Shown one piece after another: positions 24,800-36,658 of a stretch of DNA of 64,000 nucleotides (the first letter of the stretch is position 1; every line of letters starts with the position of its first letter). The position numbers and the translations under genes are program-made. The notes beneath the pieces are model-generated. The model did no database searches. It was given only the letters and a program-made list of their open reading frames with translations, and was not told the origin of the DNA. The stretch is from Macrostomum hystrix (Eukaryota > Animalia > Platyhelminthes), in contig CATNEN010000038.1 in NCBI GenBank assembly GCA_950097015.1, forward strand, positions 21,266,001-21,330,000, read 5' to 3'.

Positions 24800-25020
24800 A
24801 TCCATTTCCATCTCCTGACACATCCACATCCATCATCTCCTGACACTTCCACATCCATCTCCTGACACTTCCATATCTATCTACTGACACTTCCACATCC
24901 ATCTCCTGACACTCCATATCTATCTACTGACACTTCCACATCCATCTCCTGACACTTCCACATCCATCTACTGACACTTCCACATCCATCTCCTGACACT
25001 TCCACATCCATCTAGTGACA
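24800..25020. repeat. 22-bp minisatellite
   Basis: Unit tcctgacacttccacatccatc. Confidence 0.88.
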
Positions 25021-25132
25021 CATCGGCTCAGTATCTACTGAAATCCAACTGCAGCTGATGAAATTCGCTACGGCCTTCTCCACTGTGTTTGATGGAATTT
25101 ATAATTACATCTCAGGTACAATCAGGTGTAGG

Positions 25133-25945
25133 ATGTTCAGAACTCAGCATTGCGTCATCGCGGCCTGCACTCTGGTGTCCCTTGTCGACGCATTGTGCCC
25201 GGCCGACACTTCGTCGCTTGTGTCGGAAGGCGGCGCCTCGTCCTGGTGCCTGCGCAACTACAGCGCCACGCCGATGAACTTCTGCAACGCCATTCGCACC
25301 TGTCGACAGCGCGGCGAGCAGATGGTCGGCAAGGCCGTGCTAGATGTTATTCGAGCTAACCAACCGGTTGACGTGTTCGTCAGCAGCCCGTCCCACAATC
25401 TGTGGGTCGGACTGACAGACGCTCTGGTTGAGAGGAACTACAGCAAAGGCGGCTGGGTCTGGTTGGACGCAGACGGCGCGACTTCCGCCGCGGACGGCGC
25501 GCTATATTTCGACCCGTCGGAGCCAAACGACCTGAACCAGCAGGACTGCGTCACCACTTTCACAGCTGATAGGAAGCTCCGCGACGCTGGCTGCAATGAG
25601 GCCAACGGATTCTACTGCTACAGCCCAGCCACCGCTAGTGCTGACGGTTCTAGCACTGCGCCAGTCCAGCAGGCTGTTAGCAGCCGCTCGTTCGTGTCGT
25701 CTAGCATCGCGGCCTACAGCCAGCCGGATCCGGGCTGCTGGACGGTGCTGACTTCAGCTTCGACCCTGCTGCAATGCGCGCAGTCCTGCTTCACCTACGG
25801 CACGCCGGGCGACTGTGTCGGCATCTATTGGCATCCTGGACGCTTGCGATGCATCCTGGTGCCCTATTTTGATGCCAGCGTGCCGCTCGAGTTTAACAGC
25901 GACGAAGACAAGCGGCTGTGGAAGAAATTTCTTGTAGCCAAGTAG
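25133..25945 (+). CDS. Secreted C-type lectin domain protein with a C-terminal PAN/apple-like domain, single coding exon
   Basis: Signal-like MFRTQHCVIAACTLVSLVDA. CTLD motifs FCNAIRTC, LWVGL, WVWLD, EPND, QDCV, LRDAGC...FYC. C-terminal LLQCAQSC...CVGIYW...RC. ATG 25133 follows a ctcag acceptor at 25115; the track ORF starts at 25058. Confidence 0.82.
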   Translation: MFRTQHCVIAACTLVSLVDALCPADTSSLVSEGGASSWCLRNYSATPMNFCNAIRTCRQRGEQMVGKAVLDVIRANQPVDVFVSSPSHNLWVGLTDALVERNYSKGGWVWLDADGATSAADGALYFDPSEPNDLNQQDCVTTFTADRKLRDAGCNEANGFYCYSPATASADGSSTAPVQQAVSSRSFVSSSIAAYSQPDPGCWTVLTSASTLLQCAQSCFTYGTPGDCVGIYWHPGRLRCILVPYFDASVPLEFNSDEDKRLWKKFLVAK

Positions 25946-26094
25946 CTCGCGGCTGCCAATTAAGAACAGTTTATGCCCCAAATGGATATCGCTTTCCTTA
26001 CAACTTCCTCTCCGTTAAAAGCGATGCAGTCAGAAAATTGTTCTCCAAGAGATAGTTTAGAAGACAACGTCTACCACTCTGAAGTTCCAATTGT

Positions 26095-27570
26095 ACTAGC
26101 GTCTTCCTGAAGTACTGAAGGGACTGGAGATTTCCTGAAGTACTGAAGGGACTGGAGATTTCCTGAAGTACTGAAGGGGCTAGCGTCTTTCTTAAGTACT
26201 GAAGGGGCTAGCGTCTTTCTTAAGTACTGAAGGGGCTAGCGTCTTTCTTAAGTACTGAAGGGGCTAGCGTCTTTCTTAAGTACTGAAGGGGCTAGCGTCT
26301 TCCTGAAGTACTGGAGGGACTGCAGTCTTCCTGAAGTACTGAAGGGACTGCAGTCTTCCTGAAGTACTGGGGGGACTGCAGTCTTCCTGAAGTACTGAAG
26401 GGACTGGAGTCTTGCTGAAGTACTGAAGGGACTGGAGTCTTGCTGAAGTACTGAAGGGACTGGAGTCTGACACATTGAAGTACTGAAGGGACTGGAGTCT
26501 TGCTGAAGTACTGAAGGGACTGGAGTCTTCCTGAAGTACTGGGGGGACTGCAGTCTTGCTGAAGTACTGAAGGGACTGGAGATTTCCTGAAGTACTGAAG
26601 GGACTGGAGATTTCCTGAAGTACTGAAGGGGCTAGCGTCTTTCTTAAGTACTGAAGGGGCTAGCGTCTTTCTTAAGTACTGAAGGGGCTAGCGTCTTCCT
26701 GAAGTACTGAAGGGACTGGAGTCTTCCTGAAGTACTGGGGAGACTAGCGTCTTCCTGAAGTACTGAAGGGACTGGAGTCTTGCTGAAGTACTGAAGGGAC
26801 TGGAGTCTGACACATTGAAGTACTGAAGGGACTGGAGTCTTCCTGAAGTACTGGGGGGACTGCAGTCTTGCTGAAGTACTGAAGGGACTGGAGATTTCCT
26901 GAAGTACTGAAGGGGCTAGCGTCTTTCTTAAGTACTGAAGGGGCTAGCGTCTTTCTTAAGTACTGAAGGGGCTAGCGTCTTCCTGAAGTACTGAAGGGAC
27001 TGGAGTCTTCCTGAAGTACTGGGGAGACTAGCGTCTTCCTGAAGTACTGAAGGGACTGGAGTCTTGCTGAAGTACTGAAGCCACTGCAGTCTTCCTGAAG
27101 TACTGAAGGGACTGGAGTCTTGCTGAAGTACTGAAGGGACTGGAGTCTTGCTGAAGTACTGAAGGGACTGGAGTCTGACACATTGAAGTACTGAAGGGAC
27201 TGGAGTCTTGCTGAAGTACTGAAGGGACTGGAGTCTGACACATTGAAGTACTGAAGGGACTGGAGTCTGACACATTGAAGTACTGAAGGGACTGGAGTCT
27301 TGCTGAAGTACTGAAGGGACTGGAGTCTGACACATTGAAGTACTGAAGGGACTGGAGTCTGACACATTGAAGTACTGAAGGGACTGGAGTCTGACACATT
27401 GAAGTACTGAAGGGACTGGAGTCTGACACATTGAAGTACTGAAGGGACTGGAGTCTTGCTGAAGTACTGAAGGGACTGGAGTCTGACACATTGAAGTACT
27501 GAAGGGACTGGAGTCTGACACATTGAAGTACTGAAGGGACTGGAGTCTGACACATTGAAGTACTGAAGGG
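26095..27570. repeat. 28/32-bp minisatellite with mixed variants
   Basis: Core gaagtactgaagggactggagtc followed by ttgct, ttcct or tgacacatt. Confidence 0.95.
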
Positions 27571-28749
27571 AAAGGCAAGTTTAATTTTTTGTGTATTTCT
27601 GACTGCACCAAAGTGTAGTGCCTGAGTTCTATTTCTAGAAACCAGAGTACAAATAATTCACACGTGACAATACAACTAGGATTTCTTGCTTATAAGTCAG
27701 AGTTATAGCTGTCTATGTGTAGATCCATTGTTTGCGAACACTGATTTCGTGGGTTGATTAATCGCTTTGTCGCACTCAGCTGTACCCCTGCTGTTCTACT
27801 GGAGCTTGTTGACCATCACCTAAACCATCGCTCTCTAGACCAAGTTTATTCACACGCTTATTACCTGTCAAGCCTATATTTTCATTGTTAAGTATTTATT
27901 TACAGAACTCCAGAACCTTTTGTTATGGGTCTTGCTTGACTACCCTACCACGAATTAATCAGGAATAATAATGACGTAATTGAATTAGTCTAGTTTGCCC
28001 TTAAAAGTCTGACATCGATGACAATGGCTACTCCAGGATAGAGTGTTTATGAGCAATTACACAGACACATTCTTTTACAATGGTTAGTTATTTCCTATTA
28101 TTCGATTGGATCTGTACAAAATCTATACTAAAAGGCCATCGGCAAATAAAATGCTTATTATATGTAGCCTAGGTAATAGTTAATTGTTTTCTCTAAGGGA
28201 ATTAGTTTCAAGCCAATAAATTGGAATGCTAAACTTTGCTTAATTAGTCAAGATAACAAAAAATATTTATCTACATGCCACCGCGACCGTCCAGCTGATT
28301 TCAGCCCAATTAACTTGGACACAGGCGACTAATTAAGATATTTTAAGAGTGAAAAACAAGCCAGGTGTAAAGTATAGATAAAATTATTTGTTATCGAAAT
28401 GACACCAAATCCCATAGCCTGGCTTTCATCCATTTTAGCGTGGGACGTAGACTGACAAACCCTCCAGCCAATTAGAAGTTAGTAGTGGGCATGCACTGAT
28501 AGCGTTCCGGAATAACAGCCTTAAATTGGTAAAAGTGCGACTTCTGAGTCTCTAGCCAATCAGAAGCTAGTAAGCGGAATGTACTGATGTGCAGGAATGA
28601 CTGAGCCTTAAATTAGTAAAATTGGACTTCTGGGTCTCTAGCCAATCAGAAGCAAGTTATGGGAATTTACTGATAGAGCCTCAAATTTGGAAAAGCGTGA
28701 ATTTTTATATCGAAATTAGTTTTTTTACTTTTTTTACTACACTTGCACT

Positions 28750-29030
28750 AATTGGGCCATATGTGCAGCCGACAGCAGCAGCTATAATTGCGCGGCGCAT
28801 CTAAACACTGCGTACGGCTGTCCAGTCTATGGACAGGGGTGTACGCCGCACCTACCCACAATCACCCCAGCTGATGCTGGTACCAATTTAACAGCTGGAG
28901 CTGGGTGAACTGAAGCAATTCAGAGTTAAGTGTCTTGTTAAAAGGGCACAAGTTGTACCAATGGAGTCAGGAATCGAATGCACGACCTTAATGTCGTGAG
29001 TCCGATGCTCTAACCACTAGGCTACAACCT
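28750..29030 (-). mobile_element. tRNA-derived CORE-like SINE, copy 1
   Basis: Reverse complement begins ggttgtagcctagtggttagagc (A box)...ttcgattcctgactcc (B box), then a CORE-like caagacacttaactc...cagttcacccagct body. Matches the copies at 51694 and 55718. Confidence 0.82.
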
Positions 29031-30846
29031 CCAAAATGTTTAATTTTGTATTCTCATATTTTTTCTACTGATTGAAATGATCTAGCAATTGGTTCAATCT
29101 CTATTGATGGGGTATGACTCAGTAACTGAATAACACCATAGTAACCTACATCGCAACATCAACACGTAACAATGTGGCATGAATGTCAAGGGTGAAGAGT
29201 TTTGCGTGTTGATCAGACACACGAAACTCCCACTTCTAGACAATGGGGAACAATTGCCTAGGAATTTATAAGTCACGTGACACTGACTGCAATTGCTTCT
29301 TATTCCTTAAGTAGTTTGTAGTCTTCTGGGTCCTTGTAGTCCTTGTTCTTCTTCTTATTATTCTAGTCGCCCGTGACGTTTCGAGTCTGTGTTTCTTGAG
29401 TCTTTGTAGTATTGTCTTCTTTTGTCTTCCTGGCAGCTGCTTGAGTTTGTCTGTTGGCCAATAAATGACGAGAGCGAATCAGATTACTTGTCGGTTTCCT
29501 CGAGCTCGGAATTCACAATAGAAACGTGCGCCCTAGTGAACAATTGAAATCTCTCGTGTCTCTCTAATAAGTCCTCCTGAAGGGCGTCTTCTTCGTTACC
29601 TCCGAAAGATAACGGATAACTCAGCTCGGATTTTCGCTTGTATTTATAGTAAAATTTTGGGGGAAAACCGGTTTTACTACCGGGTGTTTACTTAGGTCAC
29701 ACATATTTGTTTAGTGAGTCATGATTGTTTGTTTTACCATATTTGGAATTCAAGCAAATAGCTCTCGAGAACCGGTTCTCCGGTTTCATGTCACATGACT
29801 TTGTTTCTAAAAATAGCGCATGACTCATTCCTAAAAATAGATTCAAATTTCTATCTAAGGTTTCCTTGTGATATTACTTTAAGTAGCGCGTTTAAGCAAA
29901 TGGAATATTTTGCTACTATCTACAAAGGGCAATTAAAATGTAATTCATGTGTCTTTTTCAGGCCTATAAAGTTGAACAAGTTAAAAAACCAGTACCACCC
30001 TTTTGGTAAGAAGTAACAAGTGTCTGCAGTTGCATTCGGCTAAATACATTACTGTGCGAGCATATATTGCTAATTTCGATATTTAATTCATAAATTCGTA
30101 AAACAGCATAGAACTTAATCGCTCAGGTTCATCACGCATTCAGTATTTTATGGTGTGATCTTTATAGTCCACTTATAAAAATCGTACGCATAAGACTGTT
30201 TAATAGAGAAGATGCGGCGGAACTACTTCAAGTAGTATCTTCCTCTTCATGAGGAAAGACCATGGGGATATTTCAAATACCAACTGCCTAATTCACGGTA
30301 GCTCCCAAGCCAAATGACCGATTTTCATGAAAGTCTAGCATTTTGATCGACATTCTTCGCCCTTAATGATCAATTAGCTTTCAAAGCCGTCCGCCGTCAG
30401 CATCGTCGAGATATTCAGCGATTCTTGTCGACTAGTCTAGGCAACAAACATTGCCTAGCTGCTGGCCGCATAAAGTGTGGGCTGTGCTACCTCGGGATCA
30501 GAGCTAATGGGATCACAGTCATACAATGCTAAATAAGTATAACATAGAGAAACGAAGACTTCAATTAGCAGTTTTGTGTTTTATTAGTTCATTCTCATTA
30601 TCCACCATTGTAATAAATTTATGGGTTTTTATTTATGTGAGCACAAATCTGCCTACTTTTAGTAGAAAAGTTGTCTTTTTTTCTAGAAAATTGATTGTAC
30701 ATGTTGCTTACTATACCTTTATACAATACTCGTAGGGGCTATACGGTAATAGCTACAAAAGAATAAGTAAGGAAATATAGACCATTGTCTCCAAGCATAT
30801 TATGTCAAATAATTTAGCTAAAATAAATTTCTAGGTTGCTCAGAAT

Positions 30847-31074
30847 CTAGCCAAACAGCGGCTTCATGCCCATCATGTTCTCCGTGCAGGTGACGCACAG
30901 TTTGATGACGCCGAAGATCGACTCGCAGACAGACTGCAGCGGGCTTATGCACACCGAGAACGGTAGCAGCAGGACGTACAGCCAGCCAATCAGGAAGGCT
31001 ATCGGCCAAGCCAGGAAGATCAGAATTAGGAACCAGATGAAGGCCCACAGAAGACCGGGACACAGGTTGGCCAT
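30847..31074 (-). CDS. 75-aa hydrophobic, cysteine-containing membrane microprotein
   Basis: GC-rich ORF MANLCPGLLWAFIWFLILIFLAWPIAFLIGWLYVLLLPFSVC...ENMMGMKPLFG. Acceptor ctcag opens the exon at 31107. Non-coding exon 1 with AAG|gtaagc donor at 34114 and a TATA-like box at about 34247. Confidence 0.78.
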   Translation of the reverse strand: MANLCPGLLWAFIWFLILIFLAWPIAFLIGWLYVLLLPFSVCISPLQSVCESIFGVIKLCVTCTENMMGMKPLFG

Positions 31075-31194
31075 ACTGACGATTTAGCAGTACTTAGATA
31101 ACTCAACCTGAGGGAGAGCAGTGGACTTCTAGATGCATCCATTCGTGTTATATCTATCATATAAATAATTGCTCTTTGCCAATAACTGTCAAAA

Positions 31195-34032
31195 AGAGCG
31201 ACACTATATGATCTAGAAGAGAGACACTATATGATCTAGTAGAGAGACACTATGATCTAGAATAGAGACACTATATGATCTAGAAGAGAGACACTATGAT
31301 CTAGAAGAGAGACACTATATGATCTAGAAGAGTGACACTATATGATCTAGAAGAGTGACACTATATGATCTAGAAGAGTGACACTATGATCTAGAAGAGA
31401 GACACTATATGATCTAGAAGAGAGACACTATGATCTAGAAGAGACACTATGATCTAGAAGAGAGACACTATATGATCTAGAAGAGAGACACTATGATCTA
31501 GAAGAGAGACACTATATGATCTAGAAGAGTGACACTATATGATCTAGAAGAGTGACACTATATGATCTAGAAGAGTGACACTATATGATCTAGAAGAGTG
31601 ACACTATATGATCTAGAAGAGAGACACTATGATCTAGAAGAGAGACACTATATGATCTAGAAGAGTGACACTATATGATCTAGAAGAGAGACACTATATG
31701 ATCTAGTAGAGAGACACTATGATCTAGAATAGAGACACTATATGATCTAGAAGAGAGACACTATATGATCTAGAAGAGAGACACTATGATCTAGTAGAAG
31801 AGAGACACTATATGATCTAGAAGAGTGACACTATATGATCTAGAAGAGTGACACTATATGATCTAGAAGAGTGACACTATGATCTAGAAGAGAGACACTA
31901 TATGATCTAGAAGAGAGACACTATGATCTAGAAGAGAGACACTATGATCTAGAAGAGAGACACTATATGATCTAGAAGAGAGACACTATGATCTAGAAGA
32001 GAGACACTATATGATCTAGAAGAGTGACACTATATGATCTAGAAGAGTGACACTATATGATCTAGAAGAGAGACACTATGATCTAAAAGAGTGACACAAT
32101 ATGATCTAGAAGAGAGACACTATAAGATCTGAGTAGAGTGACACTATATGATCTAGAATAGTGACACTATATGATCTAGAAGAGTGACACTATATGATCT
32201 AGAAGAGTGACACAATATGATCTAGAAGAGAGACACTATAAGATCTGAGTAGAGTGACACTACATGATTTAGAAGAGAGACACTATGATCTAGAAGAGTG
32301 ACATTATATGATCTAGAAGAGTGACACTATATGATCTAGAAGAGTGACACTATATGATCTAGAAGAGTGACACTATATGATCTAGAAGAGTGACACAATA
32401 TGATCTAGAAGAGTGACACAATATGATCTAGAAGAGAGACACTATAAGATCTGAGTAGAGTGACACTACATGATTTAGAAGAGAGACACTATGATCTAGA
32501 AGAGTGACATTATATGATCTAGAAGAGTGACACTATATGATCTAGAAGAGAGACACTATGATCTAGAAGATTGACACTATATGATCTAGAAGAGAGACAC
32601 TATGATCTAAAAGAGTGACACAATATGATCTAGAAGAGAGACACTATAAGATCTGAGTAGAGTGACACTACATGATTTAGAAGAGAGACACTATGATCTA
32701 GAAGAGTGACATTATATGATCTAGAAGAGTGACACTATATGATCTGAGTAGAGTGACACTACATGATTTAGAAGAGAGACACTATGATCTAGAAGAGTGA
32801 CATTATATGATCTAGAAGAGAGACACTATAAGATCTGAGTAGAGTGACACTATGATCTAGAAGAGTGACACTATATGATCTAGAAGAGAGACACTATGAT
32901 CTAGAAGAGTGACATTATATGATCTGGAAGAGTGACACTATATGATCTAGAAGAGTGACACAATATGATCTAGAAGAGAGACACAATTATCTAGAAGAGT
33001 GACACTATATGATCTAGAAGAGTGACACTATATGATCTAGAAGAGTGACACAATATGATCTAGAAGAGAGACACAATTATCTAGAAGAGTGACACTATAT
33101 GATCTAGAAGAGTGACACTATATGATCTAGAAGAGTGACACAATATGATCTAGAAGAGAGACACTATAAGATCTGAGTAGAGTGACACTACATGATTTAG
33201 AAGAGAGACACTATGATCTAGAAGAGTGACATTATATGATCTAGAAGAGTGACACTATATGATCTAGAAGAGTGACACTATATGATCTAGAAGAGTGACA
33301 CTATATGATCTAGAAGAGTGACACAATATGATCTAGAAGAGTGACACAATATGATCTAGAAGAGAGACACTATAAGATCTGAGTAGAGTGACACTACATG
33401 ATTTAGAAGAGAGACACTATGATCTAGAAGAGTGACATTATATGATCTAGAAGAGTGACACTATATGATCTAGAAGAGAGACACTATGATCTAGAAGATT
33501 GACACTATATGATCTAGAAGAGAGACACTATGATCTAAAAGAGTGACACAATATGATCTAGAAGAGAGACACTATAAGATCTGAGTAGAGTGACACTACA
33601 TGATTTAGAAGAGAGACACTATGATCTAGAAGAGTGACATTATATGATCTAGAAGAGAGACACTATAAGATCTGAGTAGAGTGACACTATGATCTAGAAG
33701 AGTGACACTATATGATCTAGAAGAGAGACACTATGATCTAGAAGAGTGACATTATATGATCTGGAAGAGTGACACTATATGATCTAGAAGAGTGACACTA
33801 TATGATCTAGAAGAGTGACACTATATGATCTAGAAGAGAGACACTATGATCTAGAAGAGTGACACTATATGATCTAGAAGAGTGACACAATATGATCTAG
33901 AAGAGAGACACAATTATCTAGAAGAGTGACACTATATGATCTAGAAGAGAGACACTATGATCTGGAAGAGTGACACTATGATCTAGAAGAGAGACACTAT
34001 ATGATCTAGAAGAGTGAGATTATATGATCTAG
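31195..34032. repeat. 21/23-bp minisatellite (2.8 kb) in the 5'UTR intron of the microprotein gene
   Basis: Unit gacacta(ta)tgatctagaagagW, with higher-order blocks (the variant agaagattgac recurs about 930 bp apart). Confidence 0.96.
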
Positions 34033-34239
34033 AGTTTTCAGAAACATTCAGAACAAGCACAGAATTGTTATTAACACAGAAAATACATCTTACAATATTA
34101 GGTTGTTTGCTTACCTTAGTTGGCGAGAAGTACGATTGACAGATCAACTTCGAGTGAACCAATAAACAATCAATTGTAGTGACGCTTGCTTGCAACCCAC
34201 AGTGAGTGAAGTGCAGAGTTTCAAAAGACAGAAAATCTT

Positions 34240-34255
34240 CTAGGCCCTATTTATG
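34240..34255 (-). promoter_or_regulatory. TATA-like core promoter of the microprotein gene
   Basis: cataaatagggcc on the minus strand, about 30 bp upstream of an initiator-like cttcactc and about 135 bp upstream of the donor at 34114. Confidence 0.5.
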
Positions 34256-34702
34256 TCGCGTAGTTCAGATCAGGTATCGCAAAGTCGCAAATCATTACAT
34301 TTTTTCAGACTTATCTATATCGCAGTTGTTTTCGTCGTGTATCGAGTTTTCTTACTTTTAGACCATTGATAACGAGAAGAGAGGGAGAGAAACAGAAATG
34401 AATTTAGATAGAGGACAGTATACAACACTTTGATTTACTCTCAAGAAGTTTCGTGTGGAAATTTGAGATAAGAGAGTTATGTGAATAAGAATCTGATACT
34501 ATAGATATTATAAAACAGATGGCATCGCTAAACTAATATACTGCTTATCAGCCTTGTACGCTGGTGTGCGTGTTTGCGCAGTACCAAAATGTTGATCCAA
34601 CAATTAGTTTTGTCTTCTATTGTGAAGGATTAGTTGTGTCGCAATATTCAATTGCGTATCTGTAGAAAATCGATATCAATATTTTCTGGATTACTGGACA
34701 GC

Positions 34703-35215
34703 TGAGACAAGGCGAGACAGTGGAGAGATGAGACAGGGAGAGGGGAGATGGGGAGAGATAAGACAAGGGAGAGATAAGACAAGGGAGAGATGAGACAGGG
34801 GAGAAATAAGACAGGGGAGAGATGAGACAGGGGAGAGATAAGACAGGGGAAAGATAAGGCAAGGGAGAGATAAGACAGGGGAGAGATAAGACAGGGAGAG
34901 GGGAGATAGGGGAGAGATAAGACAAGGGAGAGATGAGACAGGGGAGAGATAAGACACAGGAGAGAGGAGACACGGGAGAGATGAGACACAGGAGAGATAA
35001 GACACACGAGAGATAAGACACAGGAGAGAGGAGACACGGGAGAGATGAGACACGGGAGAGATGAGACACGGGAGAGATGAGACACAGGAGAGATAAGACA
35101 CAGGAGAGATGAGACACAGGAGAGATAAGACACAGGAGAGATGATACACGGGAGAGATGAGACACAGGAGAGATAAGACACACGAGAGATGAGACAGGGG
35201 AGAGATAAGACTGAG
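34703..35215 (+). repeat. 17-18-bp GA-rich minisatellite, same family as 10030 and 17570
   Basis: Unit ggagagatRagacaVg. Confidence 0.9.
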
Positions 35216-35811
35216 CTAAGTTGAGATATTGGGGAGGGTAGGTTGTGAAATTTTGGTCTCCTTTTCGCCATTTTAAATCGCTTAAAAATGATACAATGAT
35301 CATTCTTTTAAAAGCAATGTAAACTATTTCAAAATTTTAGATTATTGTAGTAGTACACTGAAGACAAAGACTTTCATTTTCCAATACTAATCAATTATGG
35401 TTGCACCATAAAAAAGGCAACACCAGAAACCAAGTTTAAAATATGGTTCTGAGTTCAAATTTACATTTTCTGTTTCAAAGCAGGTGCAAGTAATTATTTT
35501 CAACAACAACAGCTGCTAGAAACCTCACTAGGCATGCTCATGAACAAGTCAAAGAAGCTAGGCCGAGCAATCTCTGATAAGTTATCGGCACGCTATAGCC
35601 AAAGTCATAAAACTTTCTTTCCAACAGGGCTCATAGAAAACCTCGGCAAAGTTTTTTTTAACTTGACCTCGCTAAAACAATCTAACATTCTGGTTGCCAA
35701 TGGAAATGTTTTTCAGACTATGTGTTAAACAAGTACATGCACAGCAAAGTAAATGCTTTCTTCACGTTCCGAACTTTGAGAAGACTTAGAGAGTTGATAA
35801 TCAGAGAGAGA

Positions 35812-36610
35812 AACAGTCGACTCAGAGAGAGTAGACTCAGAGAGAGTAGACTCAGAGAGAGTAGACTCAGAGAGAGTAGACTCAGAGAGAGAGAGAGAGT
35901 AGACTCAGAGAGAGTAGACTAACAGAGATTAGACTCAGAGAGAGTAGACTAACAGAGAGTAGACTCAGAGAGAGTAGACTAACAGAGAGTAGACTCAGAG
36001 AGAGTAGACTCGGAGAGAGTAGACTCAGAGAGAGAGAGAGTAGACTCAGAGAGAGAGAGAGAGTAGACTCAGAGAGAGTAGACTAACAGAGATTAGACTC
36101 AGAGAGAGTAGACTAACAGAGAGTAGACTCAGAGAGAGTAGACTAACAGAGAGTAGACTCAGAGAGAGTAGACTCAGAGAGAGTAGACTCAGAGAGAGTA
36201 GACTCAGAGAGAGTAGACTCAGAGAGAGAGAGAGTAGACTCAGAGAGAGTAGACTAACAGAGATTAGACTCAGAGAGAGTAGACTAACAGAGAGTAGACT
36301 CAGAGAGAGTAGACTAACAGAGAGTAGACTCAGAAAGAGTATACTCAAGGAGAGAAGGTCAAGGAGAGTAGGTCAATGAGAGTAGACTCAAGGAGAGTAG
36401 ACTCAGAGAGATTAGACTAAGAGAGAGTAGACTCAGGGAGATAAGACTCATTGAGATGAGACTCATTGAGATGAGACTAAGAGAGATGAGACTCAGGGAG
36501 ATGAGACTTAGGGAGATGAGACTTGGGGAGATGAGACTTGGGGAGATGAGACTTAGGTAGATGAGACTTAGGTAGATGAGACTTAGGGAGATGAGACTTA
36601 GGGAGATGAG
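35812..36610. repeat. 15-bp minisatellite
   Basis: Unit gagagtagactcaga grading to gagatgagacttagg, directly downstream of the SNRNP35 stop. Confidence 0.92.
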
Positions 36611-36658
36611 AAAACAAAGAAAAATCAGACCGAGGGAGAGGAGATGCAGGGGCTGCTG

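Noticed and set aside
26248-27611. Overlapping repetitive ORFs (also 2926-3240, 17466-18039, 34617-35303, 36046-36348, 49817-50279, 54025-54445, 59147-59858)
   Set aside because: All are readings of minisatellites in several frames, with no splice or codon support.
29093-29900. LTR-like segment (TATA-like motif at 29640 on the minus strand, several TGACTCA motifs)
   Set aside because: Could not find TG...CA ends with a TSD or a second copy, so it is left unannotated.
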